Positions 14,301-25,900 of a stretch of DNA of 64,000 nt are shown here, piece after piece (within the stretch, counting starts at the first letter, position 1; each line of letters opens with the position of its first letter). The stretch comes from Paragordius varius. Its lineage: Eukaryota; Animalia; Nematomorpha. The position numbers and the translations under genes are program-made. Below the pieces are notes generated by a model. The model did no database searches and was not told the origin of the DNA. It worked only from the letters and a program-made list of their open reading frames with translations. The DNA is taken from positions 10,726,001 through 10,790,000 of the forward strand of contig OZ176054.1 of NCBI GenBank assembly GCA_964247055.1, given 5' to 3'.

Positions 14301-17300
14301 AATGGTCTCATGTCAAAATACTTCAAGCTATGTAGTTCAATTTGTATATTAAAAATACATGGAATAGGTATCATTATAAAAATATAATAATAATTTGATA
14401 TCTCTCTAAAGGATAATGTAATAATGAAAAAAGAAATATTTTAAGAGCATGGCATAATGTATATAGATGGTATACCATGTCCAAAAATGGAAAAGAAAAA
14501 TTAACAATTATTTTGAAATTTATATAATATTAAAGAATTTTAACATAATGGGTCGCATATTGGACAAGCAATATATATAATTTTGAAAGATAATTAAAAT
14601 AAAATTAAATCCTATTATTATATCTGACACTTTGATGATTTACATAAATTACATGAACAACAAACTGTGGACAGGAAGGGTTGGCTGAAATAAAGTGAAG
14701 AGATATAATAAATAAGGAGAAACAGTTGGTTAGATTTAAATATTGATAATGCTGAAGGAGAATTTTGATCATTGAAGGTCTGACCAATAAATGGTATTAT
14801 TAAAATAATAACTTTCAAATTTTTTTTAAATAAAATTAAATTTTTTTAAAATCTGGCGCTCCCTCAACTATGGCACCCAGTTGTCAGTTCCCCTTTCCAC
14901 CACTCTAGCTACGTCACTGAAAACCATGCTAATGCTATTTCCTATCAGAATATATATATTTCATCAGGTTATTTTTTATCCCCCGAATATTTCATCAGGT
15001 TATTTTTTACCCCCCGATTTTGGACGCAGTGTAAAATCTTTTTCATCAGTGCATTGTTGTTAAATGTTTTTCGATAAAACCGGTGGTGCGTGCATCATAT
15101 ATTTCATATATATATAGGAACAAGCTTATGTTACATCTTATTTACCTCGTCGTTTTAACCTCAAATAATATTCTATTTTGTAATAATATTTTTATTTTTT
15201 GCTCGTTTGTGCCTATTAAGAATGCAAATAGACGATACACACAAGACCCAATAATCATTACATCAGTCGCTTAAAAAAATCTCAGTATATTTCATATTGC
15301 ATTAACAATAACATAAAAGTGATAAATATTTTATTATTTTAAATCAGAGGTTAGCACGCGGCCCTCCGAAATATTTCTGCAGCCAAAAAAATTCACATAC
15401 AAAATTTTATGAAATCTATGATTAGCTTAAACAAATTTCTGAATAAACTTTCGAATTTGGGCAATCTAGCAAAACTATTAAACTAAATAGTAGTTCTTCC
15501 ATTCTCTGTTTGAAATTTAATAAAATATTTATAAAGCACATAGATTTTCCGATTGGAACCGCCAGTAGTAAATATACCCGAAATCTTATGTGTTGGACAC
15601 CCCTGTTAATGTTGTAATAATCCCTTTTCACAATATCCATCATATGTGTTAAATAGTAAGTAGATATTAATTATAGAGAAAATATATATCAAACTTTATC
15701 CATAAAATAGATAAATCTGTGTCAAAAAAGAATTTCTCCTTGTATTGAAGGAATCGAACATAGATTTGTTGATAATTTCCCTCAAATGGATCCTATTGCA
15801 AAAAATTGAGATATTTTAACGTTTTCAATAAAAATAACTGATATAAATGAGTAGTATATACAATGTATGATCCTTCATCATATATAACAATGTCTCCAAC
15901 TAAAACTCGTATATTTATACTGATGAGCGGATAATTGAATATTTGGTTCACCTTAAATAAATATATATATGATTTAAACTTTATTCAAAATCTTTATGAC
16001 CTTTTGGGGTGGTTCTACCCAGTGCCAGTATTTATATTTAAAAATATGCTTTTTTAGGCGGTGATATTTTTTAAAAAAATAATATCGTAAAAAACTCATA
16101 TCTTGCCGCCATTTTACTCAATAAATTGATAAGACAAGAGGAAAATAAATGAATATGGTTTAAAAATATTAATAATACAAAAGCTTACTACAATTAACCG
16201 GCCATATTTTTATTTTAATATCAGCTGCTTACTTAATGTTTTGAAGCTAGCCGAATTTACTACTATAAAAGTTGTATTATCTATTAAAATTACAGTTTTA
16301 TTTATCATGCAGGAGGAGAGGGATAGTTATGACTTAACAATTTAGCCGTAGTTTTTTTACTATACTTTAAGCTCTAGGGTAGAAACTACTCCAAAATGTC
16401 ATTACTCACAAAATATAAGTTATAAAGTGTTAAGGTAAATTAATTATCCTATGACACTAAAAATTACAATGAAAAAGTTCTAAATATTTTAATATGAAAT
16501 ATTTATGTTAAATCTTGTCCGACGGACAAGATGCGTAAACTTGGGATAAGATGTAGAAAGCAAAACGTTTAGCCATATTTAAATTTGACATAGGAATGTG
16601 TAAAGTCGTTTCGATATTGTATTCCAAATCGACATGTCTTTTTGTGGGGACGGTCAAGTTAAATATCTTGAAATCTGTTACTAAAATTCGTAAATACATA
16701 AAATATAGTAAAATGAGAGACAAAAACTGGTACAACTAATATAAAATGGACCATAAAATTTTTATCATTAAATATATATATATATAGTGATGTAGTGATG
16801 TAGTACACTTTATGATAAACCACCAATATTTGGAGATTATTAAAATGATATTTCCTTTGTTTTATTCTACAATACCATTATATATTAAAAATTCATAACT
16901 CCAATTTTTCGTTCTAACACAACGATTACATTCAACCGTATATTTATTTATATATAACTAAACGAAAATTATTATAACATAGTTGTCTTTAAAACATGCT
17001 GGAAACCGCACCATATGATTAAAACAAAATTTTATGCGTTTTCCTAGGAAGGCTTAGATTTAGTAAAGCGCCTTTCTTATAGCCCCTGGTTAGTCATTAC
17101 CCGATTTGACTTCTACAATAGATTTAAAGCAATATTCCAGAAAAGTTATAACCCTATTAGAAATCGTCAAATGATACTTCTGTAGATGTGCCCATCATAA
17201 TCAGACAATTAACTATTTTTATAAAATTAATTCACATACTAAATTATACAAACCTGGTATAGGTAATATTTAGATTAGGCGTAAAAATTAGAAATTAAAT

Positions 17301-18015
17301 TAAAAATGTATAGGTTTATTTAAAACAATGTATTAATCTAAATTAATGATTACAAGTAAAGTATTGGGTTAAATTCATATCCGATCTCTCTAATTTAATA
17401 TAATTTTGTAGTGTGGACATCGTATATATGGTTGATGCCAGCTCAAATCTTCCATGCTAAAAAATATAATAATCATTGAGATAAATATCTAATGGCCCAC
17501 ATATAGAGCATTAACAAATTTATAAAATTATACAAATACTATTCTAAGGAGTGGCAAACATATCTTAGTTAATACTAAATGCCATAGAATTACCTTAATG
17601 ATATCATCATACATTTCTAAAACGATTGATACGTTTGATATGGATTTTGTATGATTTTTAACAAACATATCTATATCATCATTATGGATTTCAACATCGA
17701 GATTACCCAGCCATATTTTGACAGTGCCGACATAAAGATGGTTGTTTTGTTCGATAAAAGTTTCTGCTATGTTAACTGCTGTACCATTTGATCCATAGTT
17801 TACGTTTTGGGCCGGATCAAACTGACCACGTAAACTGTTATGATGTCGGAAATTCGGAGTTAGTAAGGACCTGCATTTAGTTACTGTAATGTTTAGTCTC
17901 AATATTTTCCTTATTTCAGTTTGGTTAAATGAAGAATTTGCGATTAATGTTTGATTGATCCACGGATGTAAGATCAGAGAATGGGATTGAACGTTCGTAA
18001 AAAGTGTGTGGATAC
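5395..18015 (-). CDS. ADAMTS/reprolysin (M12B)-like protein: propeptide, metalloprotease-like domain with degenerate zinc site, ADAMTS disintegrin-like/Cys-rich module and one TSP1 repeat
   Basis: Minus-strand exons, all GT-AG and phase-consistent: 18015-17594, 17456-17354, 16680-16541, 15951-15862, 15792-15695, 11854-11832, 10875-10767, 10638-10501, 8701-8563, 7066-6914, 6096-5963, 5440-5395 (stop); about 530 codons with no internal stop. Motifs: LLTPNF (propeptide), TKR/YNIETTL, HMCTS, GIMH (Met-turn), WSTCS, GCL, FDQQC...CSNLIC...EGTPC...LCYQGRC, WGPWSLWSEC...RERSC. Tentative 5' exons are 18399-18363 (hydrophobic PYIACLVFVIEF) and 18304-18251; the ATG was not located. Confidence 0.85.
7205..7273. 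repeat. Solo terminal fragment of the 21-bp-repeat MITE family
   Basis: AAGGACCAACTTGAAATGTTT units ending in GGACACTCTTGAAGTGCAAATGG, matching the right end of the element at 55343-55983. Confidence 0.8.
7340..8459. mobile_element. 1.1-kb non-autonomous DNA transposon with CACTA.../...CAGTG termini and 3-bp TSD (copy A), in an intron of the ADAMTS-like gene
   Basis: Colinear with 56115-57254. Termini are CACTAGTCGACAA... and ...TTGTTGAGCAGTG, with TAA on both flanks. A degenerate minus-strand peptide RSGRLHKL is reminiscent of Tc1-type transposases. Confidence 0.8.
9641..10230 (+). mobile_element. About 590-bp MITE with TTAA flanks (piggyBac-like), copy 1
   Basis: TTAA-CACTTGGAT ... ATCGAAGTG-TTAA termini and subterminal GGGGTA-N-GATACCCC palindromes. 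Homologous to 31556-32112, 46652-47222 and 49740-50298. Confidence 0.85.
13175..14919. mobile_element. Probable old hAT-like non-autonomous element in an ADAMTS-like intron
   Basis: Imperfect TIR: CAGAGGCGTAGC (13175) and GCTACGTCACTG (14908-14919). The flanking 8-mers AAAAGCAA and AAAACCAT match at 6 of 8 positions, consistent with a decayed 8-bp TSD. Confidence 0.5.
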
Positions 18016-20149
18016 CTAAATTTAAATGTTTTTTTTTATTTTTTAACGTAATTTTCAAAATTTTCAATTAATGATCGAGTCTAGAACAGATGGTAAGGTT
18101 TTACAAGACTGTGTCGTTAGTTTTAATTCCGACCTTTGCGATTTCGACACAATTTTAGAATTGAGACTGATAAACAAACGGTTCTCTTTCCTACATTAAA
18201 ATCTATCGGCGATTGTAAGTAAAAATGTATAATGATTAAAATATTTGTACATTTTTGAAGTGATATACGCTTTTGAAGGTTATTCATATCCTTAGTTATG
18301 TAGTCTATGTATGGGTAACATAAAATAAGGTGGATATATTATGTATAGAAATTAATAATTACCAAATTCAATGACAAATACTAAACAAGCAATGTATGGC
18401 TAATATACATTGAGAATCTCCAGCAATCGATCGAATCCATAAAAAACATGATACAATCGGCTTAAAAAACTTGTAAAAGGTTTAAATTCGTTTTTATTTT
18501 GTAAATTTTATAGTAATCAGTTTATGCCCGTTCTGAAATCTATCCAAAAAATGGTTAACAAATATTGTAAGTATTTTGGATTCTGTGCCTTAAGCAAAGA
18601 TGCCTTAAGAACCCGTTAATTTTATTCTAACTAGGACCTGTTTGCTCCATATTGAATGTATTTATTCATATAACTATTATTATGATTACAATAATTAAAT
18701 AACTTGCATTCAAATAAATTTGTATCAAATATTTTATACAAAATTGGCGAATGTTACTTGATTTATATCCAAACACAAATATATTAATATTTGAAGAGGT
18801 TTCGATGAAAATATATCAATAATAATTCTAAATTTATTCAAATTATTTGGTGTCTATTCTAATTACAACGTGAAATTTTCATAACAAGATTAGTAAGCCA
18901 CATAAAAATCTTGCACAATATTTAATTAATAAAGAGATGACGATTTCGGCCAAAAAACTAAGCCTTATCCTGACTAATAGATAAAAGAGAGATTTAATAT
19001 ATGGATCATGGGAAAATCGGTTATAGCTCTAAACTGTAATTGGTTAGAATTAGATTGTTCAGATGTACACCATCTTATGTGATTACCTATATTCATTACG
19101 GGAAACTGATGAGTCTACAATAAAACGCGCCTAATACTATGACACTTAGTAAACCCTGTCTTTGAAATTTGGATATCATAGCCATAAAATGCGTCAGGAG
19201 GTATGATAACTTTTAGTCTGCGATCTCCAGGCCACACAAAACTCGAGCCATCTGATATTCTTAAAATCTGGGTCCGTATATATATTTAAATCCGTATATA
19301 TTGAATCCTATAATTGTCTACGACATTTAATTTTTTGGAGTTTTTTTAAAAATTAAGCCATTTTATGATTCCAAATGAATCTTAAACAGAAATTGTTGAT
19401 TACATGGAAACCTATATAGCCAATTCGATAAAAGTACCTTTTCCACCAAATATAAATATGGAAAAGAATGTGCATTGCCAAACGAATAACATAAGTTTTT
19501 TCTTACTGTATATTATTTTTTTAGTTAAGCAAAGTTATAAGTAAGCAAAGATGAAACTATAAATGAAAGGCAAATTAATTAAAAAATATTAAAATTTAAC
19601 TGGTTAATAAACTCAATTAAAAAGGTGTTTTTATCAAAGAGTCAAAAAGGTTCATTGACGGAACATACATAAATTTACTAAATAAAACAATAATCAATAA
19701 CCGTTATATTTTAAAACTCTTTTTCGAATGATTTTATTAAATTTAAGTGTATGTCATTCATTGAGTTAAATAAAATCGCGCATCATTTTAATATTGCAAA
19801 TGATGGGCAAATAGGACTTATTTTGTTATATCAAGAGCTTCCTAAAAAAGATAAATAAAATATGAAATTAGAATATTGTAAAACTTTGCGGAGTAAAACC
19901 GGTTACTTTTTATATTATTTTAATACAAATTGTTATTTGATGGAAGTCTTGATAGTCTTTAATCTCGAATGTGTGATTCTAAAATGGTATAAATTGTGCC
20001 ATTTGAAAAAAATGTATTGTATTTCATAACTTTCATAATGATGAAACTTATATTTTGTTTATGGGGTATTACACTTGTAAATTTTCAGTGGACGGGCATA
20101 CTCTTTAAGGAAAAAGTCAATAAAGTATATTTTCGGGTCCTCAATCCTA

Positions 20150-20900
20150 TAAAATCCTAGATGATTTGATTTGATTCAAAAATAATTTCCCGTTCTTATG
20201 CCACTAATTTCCATTACTTGCATATTGGGTTTAAGGGGCACATCGGGTAAGCGATGCCAGGTGGCTGAGTTTATGCCTTACTGTGCGACCTCATATATGC
20301 TTCTGAGGATTTGTCGAATACCGTCTTGTTTTTAGTTATCCATATTCTAGCATGAATTTCACATTTGTTACTTGTAGCGTCGCAAAACATTAATTAAATC
20401 CAAATTTATTGTTACATCAGCTGGGCTGATATATAATCGGTTGATATACCTATTGTTGTTTTTTAGCAGCTTCATGTGCCATAATAGCAAGGCCAACTAT
20501 AGTCTCTAATCGTGTGGGACTGTAATGTTAGTGTAAGGTAGTAAGGATATTTTTTTGTGGCTGTCTAAGCCCGATAACGAAGGCTACCGGATAGTTAATT
20601 TAAAAATCAGAATTGGCTTTTTCAATTCTCTTGCCGTTTACATTTCCTAGCATTATATCCTATCACAAAATTACCTGGTGTTTTAATAGCCTGCTAGGTT
20701 ATTTAACGACGTGGTATTGATTGCAAAACATCCCTACAAAAACTATGCTAAAAGGTCCATGAAAAACCAAATGAAAAAATTTTTCTTGTAAAATTACTAA
20801 TGATTGTCATTCGACCACAGGCTTCCAACCAATCAACCAATACATCATGTTCTGTGATATTGAAATAAAGGCATTTTGGCCTAATATTATATCCTAATCC
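20150..20900 (-). mobile_element. Possible decayed hAT transposase C-terminal (dimerisation-domain) relic
   Basis: Relatively GC-rich block with stop-riddled minus-strand translation YLTLTLQ...GLAIMAH, resembling the YLRSTM...GLAL..H pattern of hAT dimerisation domains. Boundaries are approximate. Confidence 0.3.
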
Positions 20901-21808
20901 TTGATAGATCTTGTACGAAACCAATTTAAGCTATGTAATAAAAATAATATTTATCACACCCGGCTTTTTACAAGTTTTGAGTAGTAAAGCGTTTTATAAC
21001 AAATTTTACGATAATTTTTGAAAGCCCATATAAATTATATCTAGTTGTTTTATATTGTATAATAAATACACTATGGTACAAAGTGGTAAAATTTTATAAA
21101 ACTTTAAAATATGCTATATAATTCTGCTTCAAAACATAATTTCAGACAGGGCTCTATTTTTTTAAAAACCTCCACGGTAAATTTTGCTTAAACTGCATTG
21201 TGTGATAAAATACCAAACATTACAATAATTCGTCATTGAACAGATAAAAAATATACTTTGAATTTTTCCTATATTTCAGCTAATATAAAAATGCAAAGAC
21301 TTGATTATATTTTTAAGCTGATTAAAACTGAATTCTTTCCGATTATTAATTTGATCAAATACAGGCGGTATTTATTGGTAAAAATATATTTTTGAATATA
21401 TCCTTTAGTATAATCTTATGGTATATGCTCATTTTTATCTCAAAAATATAATTAAAAAGTAAAGTCAATACCGTTCCTAATTATGTTTGTATGCAAGGGT
21501 CAAATTTTTCATAGTTTGCCATTATTTATACATATTGATTAGTTAATTTTTTTATGTTACTTATTTTTATCCTGTAAAACTTTTTAAAATATTAAATCCT
21601 TGATTTTGCTATATTGTAGTGTTATGCGGTAATTTTATTATTAGATGTAAAACGCATTGGATATCGATTTTCATAATATGAAAATAATCAAATGTTTTCA
21701 TGATCGATATATCAGGTTCAGTAATATATATTTTTTCATCTGGTTATTATTTTTTTATTTTAAAAATTGAAATTTTTATTTATTTATTAATTTTGCTAAT
21801 TTATGATT

Positions 21809-22922
21809 ATGGATTTTAAGACTATATTTTTCAAAATACTATGTGATGAAAATCCTACTATTGAATCCGATGAACTAAGTTTGGCGGGTATTTTTTATTT
21901 TCATTTTTAATAAATGTCTACTAAATATAAATTAGTCGAACGGCAGAAAAAATTAATTTTTCTAAAAAACTAAGGAACTGGTATATATAGTTTGAAAACA
22001 CATTCAATTTTTTCTTCGATTAATTTTACCGTAGTTTTATTCTATTTACACGCGTATACTCAAAACATTTATTTGTATTCAAGTTTGACTTATCTTACAA
22101 CATAGAATTTAGGACTAATGTGCACCATTTCAATTTTTAGGAAGTTTAGGGCGAAATCTTTGGGCAATAAAAAAGTAGTAAATTAAATGGATGATAAGCG
22201 TTTCCACAATATCTTAAAATTTGATTTATATATCTGGGCATATTAGGCATTTGGTGGTTTCTAGGACTGATTTAAAATGAGCCCTTTCATAATCTTGGCA
22301 CTCATGATACGGTGTCATAGGTTGATAATTAAACCGATAAGGGGCTTGGGCCAAAAGAAATTAAAATCTGTTTCGTATTTGATCGACGCATTAAATAACT
22401 AATATCCATTATTTATGGGTCCACACGATTTCATGATTATTGATTTTAAAGTCAATATTTATTTTTTTAATATGTATAGATGAAAATTTGAAGCATCTCG
22501 TGGAAAAATTGGATAACCGTCCGAATGAAGTTAAAAAAATCCTTATACAAAATATGGCATTGAATCCGAACACTGTATACGATTACGATAAAGATATTAT
22601 GATTGAGGAGAAAAATAATCAAAAAAGAATATCTCATGTTTCGATCAAGCTGGCGTCTTTTTACGAAATGGCACACTTAAAAACATCCGTTATATCTTCG
22701 CAATTGAAATCTCTACCGGTTGAATTAAGGTTTTGTTTTGAATATTAATTTTTCTAATAATGTTTAAGTTGAGTATTTTTAGGTCAATATTTAGCAAATA
22801 TATTTAATATTAGGTTGAATGAAAAAGGAAAATCCTTAAGAGCAAAAAATGACATCAATGCAGATACGTTTATAATGCAAGAGTCGCCTATTTTTTGGGC
22901 CCCTAATCTTGATAATGGTAAT

Positions 22923-22967
<45 letters not shown>

Positions 22968-25900
22968 CAAGAATGCTACATTTCTTCTACCGAACGCAAC
23001 ATTTTTACATATTAACCAATACTTTTTCAAGCAAACGCAACACCTTATCAAGCAAACGAAACAATTTTTCATATAAAGTCAACATTTTTTCAATGTCTTT
23101 GATTGAAAAAATGTTGCTTGCTTGGAAATGTGTTGCATTTGGAAAAAGTGCTGCATTTTGAAAAAGTGTTGCGTTTATTTGAAAAAAAATTGGGTGATGA
23201 AAAAATGCTGCGTTTGACTAAAAAATGGACTTTGTGTAATAAGCGGATACATGTTTTAATTGTTTAGGAATAATATCTTATAATTAATGATTTGTGCTCT
23301 TTTTATATATAACATCCTTTTTAGCTCTTAAATACATCATTTATCCAAAATTTATATGATGTGGTTTAACTCAACTTTATCAAGTTAATCATTATCTTTT
23401 TTTTGGTAATGTTTTCCTACATCAGGCATAACATACGATTCATGTTTGTTATATAGTTTTCTTGAATCATTACAATGTTTAATAAGAAAAAAATTTATAA
23501 ATATTTTTACAAAAGTTGGGTAGAACGGCTTTATTAAATTAATATTGCTAATTATATATGACTATCTTAGAATTATAAATTATATTATTATAGCTAATCC
23601 AAAAACATTTTGCGCAAAATGTTCCAAATCCATCCTAAACCCGCAAGATTATTTGGGCGCTACACCAACTATATGGGAGACAGAATACGATGATTTTACA
23701 AAGAACTTATTATTGGTTTGAAAAGATAATTACTAATTTATTGAAAATATTCAGTTATAAAAGATCATAATATATTATTGTGCCGAATTTAGTTTAAATA
23801 GTTTTGAATATTATAAAGGGAATTCCAGCGTTAGAATCCGAAAAAAAGGTAATCATATAAAGAAAAAAATGATTATAAAATCTGTCAGCTGTTTTAAAGA
23901 ATTTTTGATGAAAATATGTTTGTTCAAAATGGCTACATCTTTGGTAAATTGATATTAGTAAATAACAAGGGTGACCAGATTTTTAAATGGACACGAGACA
24001 ACTCTGAACGGAACGGGGGTTTACTATATAAAATTTCGTATAAAAATTAATATCGTAATATTTTTTTATTTTCAAAATAATTACAATTTATAAGTATAAA
24101 GAATCTAATATATTTTGTTCCTTAATATATTTTATTGAGTGAATTCATTTGAGCACGTTGTTATCATTTTATGAAATATTATAGAAATCTTTACAAGAAT
24201 TAGTTAAATTATATTCGTCACATAAAATGGCTTTCGGAGTTTCAATAATAAATTTAGATTTTTCTGATGTCCACACTTGCTCTAGAATAATACAATCAGC
24301 GTTAGTTCCAGGTAAAGTTAATGTGACACAATTATTGAAACATTATTTTTAGGATCGTAGTTTTAAAACGATGAAATATATTCTACAATTTGTTTCTGTT
24401 ACTGATGCCTAATGTTTGAGCTTGTCCTTATCAATATTTCTCTAAATGATACTTCATTAAAACGATCATTTTCAGAAATGTTGTTGGGAATTTCTGACAT
24501 ATATCGTCAAATGATTTTATAAACACAAAAGATCACTCCTCTGAATATCAGTCATGTACTCTTTTCTGCACTGATTTTAATATAAAAATTAAATGTCTAA
24601 AATTTACTTTTAAAAAATTGTAGGATGCGCGAAATAGTAACGAATCTGAACTCTCCCGCCAAAAGCGGGACGTCTGGTCACCCTATGAGTTCCCCGTATT
24701 TTAATCTGATAGTTAACGACAAACACACGCACACTTAGTCCAACAAAAACCAGCATATTTTTTTACGTGTGATAATCATTCGTATTTTGGGCCTAATTAT
24801 ATTTTACCGCATGCATTTCATTTGCTATTCCATCAGTGTCATTTTTTTTCTGGTAGAAACGTTTGGTGAACATGCTCTCTTGAACATTTATACATGTTTA
24901 TTTTAGGGTTGTGAATTAATGTGTAAGTAGGCGCTTTCGTTATTAGCAACTGCTAAAACGATTTAAGAGTAATGAATGAACTTAAACTAACGACAATGGT
25001 ATAAGCATTATGTATCTCACAAAAACAATCATTAGGACCAGCAATGGAAAAAAATAATTTCGGTAGATTGTTCCCATAAAATTGGAAAGTGACGTGTAAT
25101 TCTGCTTTGAGGTGGCTTTATTTTGCAAATCCAAAGCGGAAAAAATATGTTTTCTTTGCCTAGTTGTCTAACTACAAGGTCAAATCTTGTCATAATGACC
25201 ATGCTTTGTGTCTCTAAGGATCTGACCGGTATTTCGTATTAGGACCTGGTGAAACCGTTAGCACACAGCACTCTCGCTTATAAATGATTAATATAAACTA
25301 TACAATAATCGAAATATGAACTGAATGCGCCACAATCAAAGGGATTTTGCTACATGGCAATGTCCATCCTCAGAGAAGCCTGTAAAAGACTCTTTATTCC
25401 TTTGATGGGAAAATCTTTCTCAGATCCAATACATCCTAACTAACGATATCTGCTTTATCTTTTCGACGTTGGAAAATGACTTGATAATGCTTGCCGCAAA
25501 AGACTTTTTTCTGACATGTCATTTATATATTAACGGATACCTGAGAAAGGGGCGAAATCGTAAAGTGGTTAATTAGACAACATTTTATATAATGAACAAT
25601 TTATTTTCTTTCAAAATTAGCCGTTACAATACTGCGAATACATTAGGTGTGTATATATATTTAAAACTATATTTTTTTCTTACACCTTTGAGTTTTTTTA
25701 GAATAGTAGGTCCATAAAGTTCAAATATTTTCTGTATTAGAAATGCTGGCCGATCGATATCACCCACACAACAGAATGCATTAACAAATGTGGTTGGGAA
25801 TATTATTGTAGTGAATCCTGCAGAGATCAAAGCTGGAATTTTTATCATTCAGTGGTGTGCCCTCAAGATGAAAAGTCAAATCAAAATGAAGAATTAAAGA

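Noticed and set aside
14605-14818. Minus-strand ORFs (including a signal-peptide-like MKVIILIIPF) as ADAMTS exons
   Set aside because: The gene model closes in frame without them, and they fall inside the putative hAT element 13175-14919.
20440-20500. IMAHEAAK on the minus strand as the missing ADAMTS zinc motif
   Set aside because: It lies upstream of the propeptide exons, lacks the second His and has no suitable donor. The true motif position is occupied by RGIAY at 10875-10767.
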